A stretch of 64,000 nucleotides of DNA, taken from assembly GCA_951406725.2 (NCBI GenBank), contig OX597814.1, positions 94,240,001 to 94,304,000 of the forward strand. The letters run 5' to 3'. The notes under the pieces are model-generated. The model was given only the letters and a program-made list of their open reading frames with translations, did not search any database and was not told where the DNA came from. The stretch comes from Octopus vulgaris (taxonomy: Eukaryota). Positions 12,251 through 26,127 of this stretch are shown here, in pieces. Made by a program: the position numbers and the translations under genes. Position 1 is the stretch's first letter. The number at the start of each line of letters is the position of its first letter.

Positions 12251-15200
12251 TGTCATACGTTTCTCAAAAAAAGATGGAATACCGCCGGATCATTGGTTTT
12301 CTTCATTGGGGGTTAAACAATTTTGCAGTTCGCGGAAACGATTTTAAATCCACTTGAGACTATTATTATGAAAGGTACACCTTTTGAAAGAACACTATAA
12401 ACATGTACTGTCCACATTAAATGGACATCACGTGTTTCCAACACGTGATATCCATTTTCACTTCAATAGATAATTTTTCTATTGACTATATTATTTTATA
12501 GTGCTTTTTAATGAAATTCTTTTATATTCTTTTAATTTCGCTTTATGTTTTGTTTTTTTCTGTATTTTTTCTTTATTTTCATATTTTGTTCAACCTATCA
12601 CATTTTTATTTCATTTTCTTCCATTTTCTTTTACAGCTTTTCTTCCTATCTTTTATTTTTTGTATTATATTTCTCCATTATCTTTTCTCCTCTCATTATT
12701 TTCGTAATACTCTTATGTTTTAGAACAGTTGTAACGTCAGTCTCTCTAACAATTTATTATCATTGTTACTGCCAGCTACTTTTAGCTCGCTGCATTTTCT
12801 ATTTTACGAGAGCATAGATTTTTTTCTAGTTTTATTTTTAAAAAATTTTTCTTCCATTATTTTTTAGTTTCTTCAATTATGTCAGAATATTTCACTCAGG
12901 AAGTCACAGGCATTTTCTCTATCAGCTTTATGATTTTACGAAATTCTAGATTCGTTTAGCATGTTATTGGGGAAAGCATTCGGGTAGTATAATATCTGCA
13001 AGTGAGGTCAAGTACGCGAAGACACGCCTTTTTCAAAATTACTGCCAGCTACGAGAAGTATCTTACATTCCTTTAACAGAATACAATAACATAAAATAAA
13101 AATTTAGAACGCATCAAACTATTTGAAGCAGCGTCACACATATCGTGATAAATTTTGTGGTAATTATGCGTTAAAGTAACAAAGTATGTCGAGTAACCAT
13201 ACATGGAATCACGATCGCGAGGAAAATTATCTACTTGCTGAACTAACAGGTAACAATCTTCAGACATATGGATCATATCTTGATGTGATATCAACAATAT
13301 ACAACATCATAGTAAAGCTCAATAGATTATTGTATCAATGCAGCAATAAATAATTGATGGTCTTCTTCAAGACAACAAAACAGTAGTTTCAATATTTCCT
13401 TCATGTTGCAACTATTTTAATTTAACACTGATTTTTTTACATCTTTATAGAGTCCATAATACGAGAAAACTGTATTCATTACAAAATATGAATTCATACT
13501 GATTATGGTTGAGGTAAATTTACATGTTCATTACTAATATAACCATAATTAACAATTTGTTGTCACTTCTAATCAAAACTTTGTGAAGAGACTACTGTCG
13601 ATCGAATTCTGAGAAATTCCATCAAATCACACTACCGTCCAAGATAGACGAACAAATTGAAAACTGGAAAAAGGTACTCTTTATCACGGTTGCAATGCTA
13701 AGGTTTCTGCCAGCTCACCGCCTTCGGTTTGTCTATACCGTTGCCCTTCATATCTCGTACATTCGCAGATTAGCAATAGATTTCGATAAACAAATACGAG
13801 GCTGAAGTAAGTGCAGAGAATAATATCATTTACTTAATGTTTGAAGTGGTACTTTTGTACGGCTCCAATGCAACGACTGAAAATAATAAAAAAGTAAAAA
13901 GTAAAGGAATATAAACTATAAACAGATTCATGTATTCCGATTGAAGGAAATGCATATTTAATTAAAGTAAATTCGTAGTTTTTAATCTTGTTTTGCGAGT
14001 TTATTAAATTATCTTTTCCTATATTCTACATGCTTTTCTTTCTCAGGTACGTTCAACTATTCCCAACTCTTTCTCTTTCTTTCACAAACACAAACACATA
14101 TACCAACGCAAATTATCTAACATTATTCTATGCTTGCAAGTATTAAGCTTATTTATAAGCTTAATGCATAGAATAATATAAGATAATTTCTCGGTCATAT
14201 GTGTTTGTGATACGAATTCACTTCTTGATAGTATTTATTTTCATTTTAGAACACTAAATATCACAGGAACACACATTAACATCGTAATTTTATTGATTCC
14301 GTTGAAGTGTGCATTCTATTTTATACAAAGATGGCTATCATATGAAGTTTTATGAAACAGATAGTACCATCCTCTTTCTAAATATAAAGCGATATCTACT
14401 GTATATTCATTTTGCTCGCATTTTACGCAATTTAGCTGACTTCTGTCTACGTCTCAGATTATGTTTGCTTAATTAATCATGATTGTTGAAATGAACGAAA
14501 ACAATAACCGAGAAACAACCTATAGTTACCTGCTCGGTATCATTAGTTCAACAAGTGTAGAAATTCTTATCCAAGATAAAAAAAAAGTGATTCTGTGAGG
14601 GATACTTAAAACCACTTTTCCATTTCACGCTAAAGTCAAGCGAGTTCGTGTAAAATTAGGAAACTCATATGAAGTATTTAGATGAGACTTTATGAAGATG
14701 CTGTTTCGGACTGTACACTATATTACAGATAACTAAATTATCAACTCTTCTTCCTGAAGTGATCTTCTATGCAGACGATAATCATATTAGTTCACAGGAT
14801 TTCATTAGATAATAATCCAATATTGCTACCGCTAAAGAAACATATTTCATTCATTCGGCTAAATTAGATTTATTCTGCATTTACAAAGACAAGCATGTAA
14901 TCTCCGAGCTATACAGTAGACAATGTTTTATATATCAAAGATGAAAGTAAGACAGTCTATTTCTTACTTAATCTTTCTATTGTGATTTACTATATGTAGT
15001 GCAAAATATAAAATATACATATTTAACATTGAAAATGTTAATATATTCTTCTTGATTAATGCCTCTCCATCAAAATAGAGTATATGTATTTTAGAATGTT
15101 GCCTTCGTATTAATTGAAAATTATATTCAACAAAATTAAAAGCAAAACAATAAACAGAAAAAAATTGACTCAGCTGTGCAGTTTTATAATTTTCAAACTT

Positions 15201-16567
15201 AATTAGACAACGTAATCTGTGAACCTGGTATTAGCAACTTCGTACGCCGATGTGTGTGTATGTGTGTGTGTGTGTGTGTGTGTATGTGTGTGCATGCGCG
15301 CGCGTGTGTTACTTTGTTTATATATGTGCATGCGTGTACACGTATGTATATGTGTGCTTGCGAGGATATGTGTTACGTTGATTTTTTGATTTCACTGCAT
15401 CATTTTGCCATTTGTTGATTTCACTTGACAGACAGTAAATATTCATACGTCAAAACAGTAAAACTTGCGATAAATTAATCAGCTTACAGATGGGAAAAAA
15501 ATCAACTTCATGAAACAAAAGAAATACTTCTAAATTCCGGCTTTATACTAATATTTTATAAAACGATTATTTTGTGATGTTATGTTTAAGAAGATTAAAG
15601 AAGAGCTTTCCCAAATATTTTTTCCCGGAAATGTAGCGAAAACTTAAACGTCTAAAATGTTTAAGATAGTTGGATAGTGTACAATTTAGAGGCCGTTCAT
15701 TTCTATGCGATTAATTGTCACCATGTTATGACCATAATTATATTATCTGACATTTCGAAATGGTTATATTTTACCAATCCGAATGCGAACGCGATTTAGA
15801 GTAAGTTATTGTTTTATAATCTGAAAATTAGACTGAGGTATATTGAAATTTTTAAAAATTGCTTCGAACATAACACCCACGAAATGACTAATTTTCCCTT
15901 TTTCAGTGAAATATAAAACTTCCAATGTGTATAGTTTCAAAAGAAATAATTCCCCCCAAACTCACTCTCCTTCAATACACATCATGAAGAAATATATTTT
16001 CAATGGTAGTTCTTCGAGACCTGAACCTGTTTTCGAAGTATTATTGCTGGTACTTCATTTTGACTGTCGCACTATGAAGCTTACGAAACTCCAGAAACCA
16101 TAAAAATGCACTTTTTTCTCAAATGAAGCTAATTTATACGCCATTTAAGTTAAATTATCTCTCGGTAATCATTTAGACGTTACACTTTCTTAGTTTTCCT
16201 CCCTTACTCAGAAATACAAGAAAATTTTTACTTTGCAAGAAAAAGACAATACCATTATTTATTCATACCTTTTTTTCTATATAAGAACAATAGAAATGAA
16301 GTTTAATTGCCGTAAACTAAAATTTTTTAAATAATTCAATTGCTGATTCTATTCAACGTTTCTATTCACGTAGTCTCTATCAAACCATCCTCTAATTACA
16401 AAGTCGCATGCTTTACTGTGAAAGGAAATTAATACAATTAAATATTCGACAAATTCATAAATTATTAATGCTAGAGACTTTCATCCCGTCGCTCTCATAA
16501 TACGCCCAACACCTGCCATCAATTTTGTACTATCCATTTTTAATTATTTACTTTCTTTTTTTTACAG

Positions 16568-16777
16568 GTATATTGGGTTGGTCCGATGTTAGGAGGTATC
16601 ATAGGTGGTTTCACTTATGAGTACACACACGATTCATCCAATCAAATCCAGCATTTCCGAAGGTCGTTTCGCCGGAAGCAGTCAAACTTGCGTCGCAGTC
16701 GAAGTGTGAACTCCAGTAACAATTCAATGTCTACTGAACTCACATTTTCGCCAACGGCTGAACAGCCACGTATTTGA
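16568..16777 (+). CDS. Terminal coding exon of a classical (AQP1/AQP4-like) aquaporin
   Basis: Polypyrimidine tract plus acceptor (tttctttttttttacAG, ending 16567). Phase-0 exon VYWVGPMLGGIIGGFTYEY is aquaporin TM6, at the conserved HW|VYWVGP intron position. The cytoplasmic tail runs to TGA 16775-16777. Confidence 0.9.
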   Translation, partial: VYWVGPMLGGIIGGFTYEYTHDSSNQIQHFRRSFRRKQSNLRRSRSVNSSNNSMSTELTFSPTAEQPRI

Positions 16778-16864
16778 CTAGATGCAGCTGAAGATGAGTG
16801 TGAGGGTCCTGAAGAAGACGAAGAAGAAGAAACAAGTCACCATGAAATGGAGAGGTTTTAGTGA
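16775..16864 (+). other. Candidate programmed stop-codon readthrough site (UGA-CUAG) and 28-aa extension
   Basis: TGA CTAG, then in-frame LDAAEDECEGPEEDEEEETSHHEMERF, then TAG TGA (16859-16864). Confidence 0.6.
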
Positions 16865-16980
16865 ACATATAAACATTATTAACGTCACAAAATGGTTGTA
16901 TCAATTGTATATATATTCTGTATGAAAAGTTACTCGGACACATCTACCGGCATAGAGCACGTGTATATATGCATACATAA

Positions 16981-17235
<255 letters not shown>

Positions 17236-17593
17236 ATACTTACGTAAATACACATATATGTATATAGCTGAAACGAAAAGACACTCGAAAATATATGCAC
17301 TGGCTATACTCATTGTACATACATAACTGCATGTATATGCCACACTTAGAAAGACATTCGTACCAGGAGTAAAAATATTTGCTTTCCAGGTTCTCTTTTC
17401 GTCGTAGCCATATTTATATTCTAATATATTGTTGTTTCATATATGTGAGTATCTCATAAACAGAGTATTCAACTAAAAACCATTACACAAAAAATACATC
17501 TATATCTGCAAAATATCTCATTTCTGTTATTAATACATGTATACTGAAATACACACATACCTACATAGCTACATACATACATACGTACATTTA

Positions 17594-17639
<46 letters not shown>

Positions 17640-18819
17640 CATTCATACATACATACACACATGCATACATACATATAGAAAATACGCAGACAGAGAGATA
17701 GATAGATAGATAGATAGATATATACACACTCACATAGATATACACATATTGAGAATTTAAATATTGTTAATATAACCTGTTTCTATTCATACAGCATTGC
17801 TTCAATTGATTTGGAGAGGAAGATGTGAAAGATCTATTTCCTGTATATTGTAGCAGAAAATATAGGAATGAGAACTAACTGCATCTTGCGCATTTTTGCA
17901 AAAAAATATTTTAATGCAAAATACGTAGATATGTTAACCGGAAATCTCTCTAAATTACTTTACATTACTAAGGTGAACGGTGTTTCATTAACTTTATGAC
18001 TTCTATGTATATTCGGTCTGTGAAACAAGTTCGCAGCACATGGTCCTAGCTTACGAATGCAATCCTTTTTTGCAAAATTTAATTCGATTATATATTTGAG
18101 AGAGGATATGATATGACAAATTTCAATTATCTCTCCTCATTTTCTCTTCTCCCCCCTCCACGCTCAATCTGAAATTCTGGGCAAATTTGCTTTGTTAAAA
18201 GAAGCAAATGAGATGATTCGTTTATATATGCTTGTGCAAGCATCGTCATGTGAAAGTATATATTCCCGACAACCGGACCCCTACCGTGATCTCAATTTCC
18301 CCATGCTATCCAACGTCACTAATATATTTAAGAAAGGTATCAAAGTCAAATAATTACATGTGTTGTTACCACTCCTTTAATTGTGATTCAGTAAATTTAT
18401 GTGCAAAATATGTCAGTATGATAAAATCGTCTACGCCCCAATGTATAAACAATCGAAACATCGAAACACATATGCATAAGGACATTAAGCGTAGACTGAG
18501 CCTGTATTAATTTCATTATCGTGTAACTGTATTGATTTCATTTTCATGTTGCAAAGAATTTAAATTTTAAATTAAATCGGTGTCACATAAAAACAAAACT
18601 TAAAACCAATTAAAGGTTGATTGGCTAAACGTCTGCAGGTTATATTCCAACGATTGGAACCGGTATTTATGATTTCATTGTTTCTGTTGCTTTTACAAGT
18701 TGCACATAATACAGCTATCCTAGCAGCAGTGTGTTGTACAGATATATCTAACCCTATAGATATAAGCTGTTGACTTCAATGCCTTGAACACAACTAGTAA
18801 AACTAGTGGTTCCAATTGA

Positions 18820-18867
<48 letters not shown>

Positions 18868-21800
18868 CATTATTAGTATGGTCATTGAACGATGCTGCGA
18901 GCAGATGTATCGCTATGGAATCTTATCGAGGAAAAACTTCCGGAGCACGTCTGCTGTCTTCTTCATAGCCGGGGAAAGCATAAAATCTGTAATATTTTGA
19001 TATAATTTTATCTTTCTGATTTTGTTTACATCCGATATGGATGCATATCAGATAAACTCTTCTTCATAAAATACAAAATTAACGTTAAAACCCAAAGAAC
19101 AAACAGGAATTTTGGAATATATTTAATTCCTCGGGAAGATTCACACGGTTTGTATAAAAGCTAAAAAACTATACTATTAAACACAAAAACAATACACATA
19201 CATTTTGCAAACGTCGAAAACATGCCTATCTTAATGAATAGTTGTTTTGTATAACATCTACTTTACTAATGTTGTTAGTAGCCAGAAAGTTCACAGAACA
19301 TGAGACACGTGTCAGAGAATACTTTTATGTAACAGTGATGTGTTACCAAAGGAAGCATGATTTTGTCTGAGATCTTTATCCAAAAGAAGACAAGGTGAGA
19401 GAGCTAGTATCTCCCCATTTCTAAGAATACAATTGTTTTATTCATACTTTCAAAGCAACAACACCAAAATAACCTCGGCTGTTCTATAGTGCAATATCAT
19501 CTTCAACAGTAGAAGTAGCGCTTATAGGATCTTATACATGGTTTCAAATTTGTTGACGGAGAGAGAAAGTAGATCGAACTGATGTGTCATATGCTTGACT
19601 TTAGAAGGAAGCCACAATATATGACCCACGTATCAGAAGATCATTCTACTTCCTTTGTCTTAGCACTTGGTGGTGAATGACAAAGTGCCAAGGAAGGGCT
19701 TATAACCTGGATAAAAGAAATGACAGGATAACAACAAACACATCTACAGCAGTAGCAGGCCAGAAAATCCGTTGTTCTCAAAACACTGCCGAATGAGGGT
19801 CCGGAATTAAGAAGATTACCTCATTCCCATCATAGAGTTCAACGAGGAAAGACACTTCTCTCGGACTATAAACAAAAGCACCCCACAGTCAACCTGCAGT
19901 AATGAAGAAGAGTCGGTTAATGAGCAGATAGGGAAATATATTGCCGTGAGATGTGGCAATATTAAAAAGGTAATATAAATACAAACAAAACAATGTATTC
20001 CTCAATGGAGGTCGACTAGAAAGTACGATAAGGAAACAATGTCATGTTGTCTTGAGCTTCACGATCGTTTGAGGAATAAGCTATGTTTATATATTCTTTG
20101 AAGGTAGGTTTGAAGACAGCGTGCTAATTCTAATGGCGGAAATATAGATACTCAGGTGAAAAACTGCCGGTGAAAATGGCAGCATCGGTTTATCACTACC
20201 AGGAAAATGTGTAATTTCTTTACAATATTTTCATACTGGGTGTCTTTGAACAAACAAAATGTCTTCCCACACAGATTTCAAATAGACAAACAGGTGCTGT
20301 CTTGTACGATATTATTTGTTCTCTTTTATCTATACAAGTTCATAAGGCAGTTAAGAAGGAAGTTCAACTAAACAAAGCTAATGAGAAAATAGAGTTTACA
20401 TACTCGCAAAAAGAGGAAGAAAAATGTTTTACAGTAAAAACACACTTTGAAACAAATGTTATTTATGTAAGCAATTTTGGTACTTTCGGAAACATCTACT
20501 ATAGTGACATACAATCATTTTGTCAAACAAAATAACTTCGGAAGTTTGAATGTCAGCACTAAAAATGAATATCTTGCCTCATACTTTACCAGTGCTTTCC
20601 TGCAATGAATAAACGTTAGATGCAAGCCATCTAGCTTTTAGAATAGCTGTTTGACAGCATTATATAACCAAAAGACGCGTATGTTTGATCGAAGCCATCA
20701 ATTAGGCTGAAAATAAAGTCATAGCTTTGGTGAATGAGGAACCGTGATTTCCTATAACGAATGGGGTATTTAAAACTAAGACAGGATAACGAGGCAAGCA
20801 TAACGTTTGCATCATATGCCAGCAAATTGGCTAGACTTCAAATATGAGACGAAATAATATAAAAGCAACCTCCAAAGAGAATGGAGATAACGTTGACTTT
20901 TGGTTTGTTGTGTCTGACTTTTTGTTTGACTTTTGGTTTCATGCCGAGGAAGTTTGAAACTGCGGCACATGGCAGAAAATTGAGTTATTGAACGTGTCAC
21001 TGAGATTATTTTGGCGCTTTCTGCCCAAGAGAGGTTAAGACACTGAAAAGTAAAGAACAATGCAAACAATTATAGCAACAACACATCACAGTTTCTGCTA
21101 CACATGGGATACAACCAATTGCAGTTTTGGAAAGGATAGAAAAGATCACCTGGTCTTACTCCCAAGAACCAAGTCAAGGCCAATAATCAAGAAGCCAGAA
21201 AGTCCAATCTGCCTATCATACCGAAACGCTTAACACCGGGTTCTCGAAAAGATGAAGAGCTGGAAAATTGGTTGGGGTGGTAGAGAGCTTGAGTATGGAG
21301 AATAAAAAAAGAAAAGAGGAACAAGGCAGGCAGCAAAGTTTTGGTTGCGCATATTTCAAACCCACGTTGCATTAACGTTTGTAATTCTGAACAAAAAAAA
21401 ACGATGATATGAAGCGACTGCACAGCCATTTCGGGAAACAATCCAATGCCAATTGGCAATGAGACAGCCTCTAATTATGTGAAACATTCAAAAGACTTGT
21501 TACCAATAAAATTCAGCGGATCATGTTACTGAGAAAACTATATCATCTATTCCAGTATGTTGACTGTCTTTTTTAAGAACTTCTTTCTCAAGCACTTTTG
21601 AAGGGGGCAATTTAAAGTACTATAACTATAAAAGAGAGCATAGTCGGTTTCTAGAGCTATAGAGGGATCTGCTCTGAAGGTTTCTTTCCCGTGTTCAAGT
21701 AGGTTTCTCTATATTTTGTTTCACTTGAATTATATAATGTTAATTATATGTATAAATGTATATAAGTTATTGATTTGACTATTGTATCTAATGTATGCGT

Positions 21801-21968
21801 GCAATTTTAAATATATTTAGCATATGTTAATACGGAGAAGGACGTCTTTTCCCTTCACTCCGTTTCTTTCTATATAGTTTTGTTTATATCCTAAGTTTTT
21901 GCAATACATTTGTGATTTTTTATTGTACATATGAATGAGCCCAGACGGTAAATTTACAACAATGACTT

Positions 21969-21991
21969 TAATAATAATAATGATGATAATG

Positions 21992-22078
<87 letters not shown>

Positions 22079-22250
22079 GCAACAACAGGAACAACAACAA
22101 CCATAGTATAATAATAAGGATAATAACAACAACAATAATAATAATATTAATAATAATAATAATAATGATAATAGCAACAATATTATAATAACAACAACAA
22201 CAGCAACAACAACACTAATAGTAATAATAAAAATAATAATAATAATAAAT
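21969..22250. repeat. (AAT)n/(AAC)n microsatellite
   Basis: Direct read. Confidence 0.9.
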
Positions 22251-23224
22251 AACCGGCACAAACTCATAGATGTACGGGAAGAGGATTAACCTATTACATC
22301 AATCATTAACAGCTGACTTGTGTCAATCTGAATAGGATGAAAAGCAAAGTAGCGTTTCATTTTTCAAAGTACTGGTCAAGTACTGAGATGCATGAAATCA
22401 ACTACTTCCTCCCCAAAAAATCCGACTTATGTTAAGTATTATTAATGATATTGTATACATTCGGGTAGATGTTTTGTCTTTGTTAAAAACGGTGTTTTAA
22501 GACGGTCGTATATTTGCAAAACCGCCAGGGAGTCGTATAAAATACATTGTGCGATTTCTTTTGGCTCGTTACGTTCTGAGATCCAGATACCGAAGTTAAA
22601 TGTGCCTTTAAACCCTTTCTCCAGAATTCCTCAGATAAGGACCAGTAACAAGTTAATGTTGATTTTATCAGTTGTTCTCAATCACAAACCCCGCCCCAGT
22701 ATACCAGCCTTGTACTTGTCTTAGTAAACCTTGTCCTTATTGTTACCGCTTTTATACTTATAGACACCCTTTGAGCAGAAACGATTTACTGCCACTTTTA
22801 TTGTCTTAGAATAAATTCTTTGAATATCAGCATTGGCCAATTTTCTTACGGAAGAGACAATGCATAAACGAAGTACAAGGGTCGATTCAATCCACTATAC
22901 CCATCCCTTGCACGTTTTTATTTAGTAAAAGCCAAGCTAATAAATCATAATCGTGGTCACTATATTCAGCAGTACTATAATGATTACAATTAAAATCATT
23001 ATTGGTTTTGTTTTAAACAGGGCGGTGAATAGCACAATCGGTAGAGTCACGCAGTAGTACAAACCTTGCTAAACCATACCATTAGAATCAATCTTACAGA
23101 GACGAAGATATAAGAAGCACTTAAATAGTTCGGTCGGTTTAATTGACTATACTACATTCCTTCCTCAAAAATATGTCAAAAGTACTTTAGCCTTGTGTTT
23201 ACGCCATAAATCTCTATTATAATT

Positions 23225-23630
23225 TTTTTTTTCACGTTTCAGCTCAGAGCTGCGGCCATGCTGATGCATCGCCGTTTTGCGCTACACTGTTATTACTAAG
23301 AGCCTCCTCTAATATGTGGCACTTGATGAAGAATGGAGTTTGATATAGCTACCCTCATTTGCACCTCTCGCCGTGAGGTAGGCTCATCTGGGACTCTCGA
23401 CAGGAATAGGTCCAGCTTTGATTTAAAAACCCCTACATCTACTTTGTGCAAGTTCCTCAGACTCTTTGGGAAAATATTAAAAAGCTGTGGGCCCTTGAAA
23501 CCCAGGCTGTTCAGTAACTAGTCCTGAAGCGTGATGGCATTGCTGGGATCTTTGGCACTATGCTGTATCGTCCTGTTCTGTCATTGGTGTAGCTTTCAAT
23601 GCCAAAATTGAAACATTAGGACTAATATCT
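23225..23630 (-). mobile_element. CR1-type LINE 3' fragment (related to 26128-29050)
   Basis: Minus strand NFGIESYTNDRTGR..VPKIPAMPSRFRT..LGFKGPQLFNIFPKSLRNLHKVDVGVFKSKLDLFLSRVPDEP, plus the same 3' tail. Confidence 0.85.
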
Positions 23631-23850
23631 AGCGCGTTCCTGTCAAAATGAATTCACTCCGCACAGCTGCTTGATTTGCCTATTGGCACGGTTTTATTTG
23701 AACAAAAAGCGTAGCCTACACTAACACAAAACCTAGTTACATATTTCAGGTGTCGGTACAGTAATATATGTACACACACGCATACATGTATGTATGTATG
23801 TATGTATGTATGTATGTATGTATGTATGTATGTATGTATGTATGTATGTA

Positions 23851-23934
<84 letters not shown>

Positions 23935-24014
23935 TGTATATATATATATATATTCATATATAGTGAGGGAGAGATAGAGAGAGACAGAAAGCCACAGAGA
24001 GACACAGAGAGAGA

Positions 24015-24200
24015 ATGCGCGTGGCTTAGTGGTTAGGGCATTCGGCTCACGATCGTAAGGTCATAAGTTTAATTCCAGGGGACGAGTTGTATCCTTGAGC
24101 AAGATAGTTTATTTCATGTTGCTCCAGTCCACTCAGCCACTTGCACGTTAATTTTACGGGCAAGCTGTTCCGTTGATCGTATCAGCCAGGGCACTCTATT
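24015..24200 (+). mobile_element. tRNA-derived SINE
   Basis: A-box TGGCTTAGTGG, degenerate B-box GTTTAATTCC, then tccttgagcaagat...ttgctccagtccactcagc. Confidence 0.7.
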
Positions 24201-24256
24201 ATATATATATATATATATATATACATAAACACACACACACACACACAAACACGCAC

Positions 24257-24312
<56 letters not shown>

Positions 24313-24319
24313 TTAAGCT

Positions 24320-24555
24320 TTCATGTAGTGTGTCTGTGTTTGCCCCCACCCCACCCCACCACCACCACCACTTGACAATCGGTGTTGGAGTATTTACGTC
24401 ACCGTAACTTAGTGGTTCGGCAAAAGTTATTAATAGAATAAGTACCAGGCTTAAAAACTGAAAACAATAGTGCAGGGATCGATTCATTCGGCTACAATTC
24501 TTCAATGTGGTGCCCCAATATGGCCGCAGTTTAATGACTGAAACAAGTAAAAAAC
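24320..24555 (+). mobile_element. SINE 3' portion with CR1-like tail
   Basis: Homologous to 740-945 and 4990-5220. Tail ggtgccccaatatggccgcagtttaatgactgaaac. Confidence 0.7.
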
Positions 24556-25087
24556 ATACAAGAATGTGTATGCGCGTGGTAAGTGGTAAAATATTTTATA
24601 TGCGTCATACATACATAAATACACACACACCCATTTATAATGTTTGCGCTTGTCAAATTACATCTAAAATCAATATAGCATTAAACTAAAGGATTACGCA
24701 ATAGTTTTTTTTAGTAGCAATCATTAAAATTTTACAAGATTCATTGTGATTTCGAAGTTACGTTTCTCTCAGCTTCGTCATGAATAGTATCTGAGTATGT
24801 GTCTACGTGTGTGTGTGTGTTTGTTTATGTTACAATTTAATAGTCTGTGTAATTATTCTTGATTAGCTTTATACGGAGAAATTAATCTGTAAAAAATTAA
24901 TGTAAACTAATCTTAATGACCAATCTGCCAATTACTCTTATCAATTTGCCCAAATAATTATCTATAATATTCATTTGATATAAAACTATTGAGATAATTA
25001 TTTTCTAGCAATAATTCTTCTTGTACGACTATATGCTACTGAGATTAAATATCGCTGTATTTTGCGTGCTTGAAAGAAAAACACTTT

Positions 25088-25274
25088 GGGTATTCCATGT
25101 ACAAAGAGACAAAAAGATTCAAACACACACACACACACACACACGCACACACACACACAAGGAAACGTAAGCTCACACAGAAACGTGTTTATGTCTGTCT
25201 GTGTGTACATTAGTGTCTGCGTAGACAGAAAAATATAGAAGTTCGCATTATTCATAATCATAGGTATATAAATA

Positions 25275-25331
<57 letters not shown>

Positions 25332-25542
25332 CGAAGTATGGATGGATGATTATGAATATATATATATATATATATAAGTGAAGTATGGATGGATGATTAT
25401 GAATAATGCGAACTTATATATTTTTCTGTCTACACAGACGCTAGTGTACGCACAGACAGACATAAATACGTGTCTGTGTGAGCTTACGTTTCTTTGTGTG
25501 TGTGTGCGTGAGTCTTTTTGCCTATTTGTACATGGAATACCC
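25088..25542. repeat. Diverged inverted duplication centred on (TA)n; third partial copy at 26058-26128
   Basis: 25088-25261 is the reverse complement of 25393-25542 with scattered mismatches. Confidence 0.85.
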
Positions 25543-25576
25543 ATGTCTCTCTCCAATATATACGTGTATATATATA

Positions 25577-25624
<48 letters not shown>

Positions 25625-25631
<7 letters not shown>

Positions 25632-25905
25632 ATCACGTGACCGACCAGGCCATCAGATGTTGGTACACATCACTGGTCACAATGCGCTTCACATTGTTTT
25701 AGCCTTCAATGACACCAACCCGCTGGCTAAGCGAGCAGGCCAACAGAAGGAGTGCAGCAGGGATCACCACAAACCCCTGCCGGAGCCTCGTAGAGATTTA
25801 GGTGTTTTCGCTCAATAAACACTCACAACGCCCTGCTTGGGAATCGAAACCGCGACCCTACAACCACGAGTCTGCTGCCCTAACCACTGGCCCATTGCGC
25901 CTCCA
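25625..25905 (-). mobile_element. tRNA-derived SINE
   Basis: Minus-strand head GGAGGCGCAATGGGCCAGTGGTTAGGGCAGCAGACTCGTGG...GGTTTCGATTCCC with A and B boxes. Confidence 0.75.
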
Positions 25906-25954
25906 CACACACACACACACACACATATATAGATATATAGATATATATATATAT

Positions 25955-26015
<61 letters not shown>

Positions 26016-26127
26016 CATATGCATATATATAATACATATATATATATAGATGAAGGGAAGTATGGATGGATGATTATGAATAATGCGAACTTGTCTGTGT
26101 GAGCTTACGTGTCTTTGTGTGTGTGTG

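Noticed and set aside
15906-16103. Possible additional aquaporin exon after tttttcAG at 15906
   Set aside because: The translation has no aquaporin similarity or NPA motif.
16586-16777. 63-aa stand-alone ORF starting at ATG 16586
   Set aside because: The ATG is internal. The true exon starts at the splice acceptor (16568) and is the end of an aquaporin.
16775-16777. UGA as selenocysteine
   Set aside because: No recognisable SECIS downstream, and aquaporins are not known selenoproteins. The CUAG context fits readthrough better.
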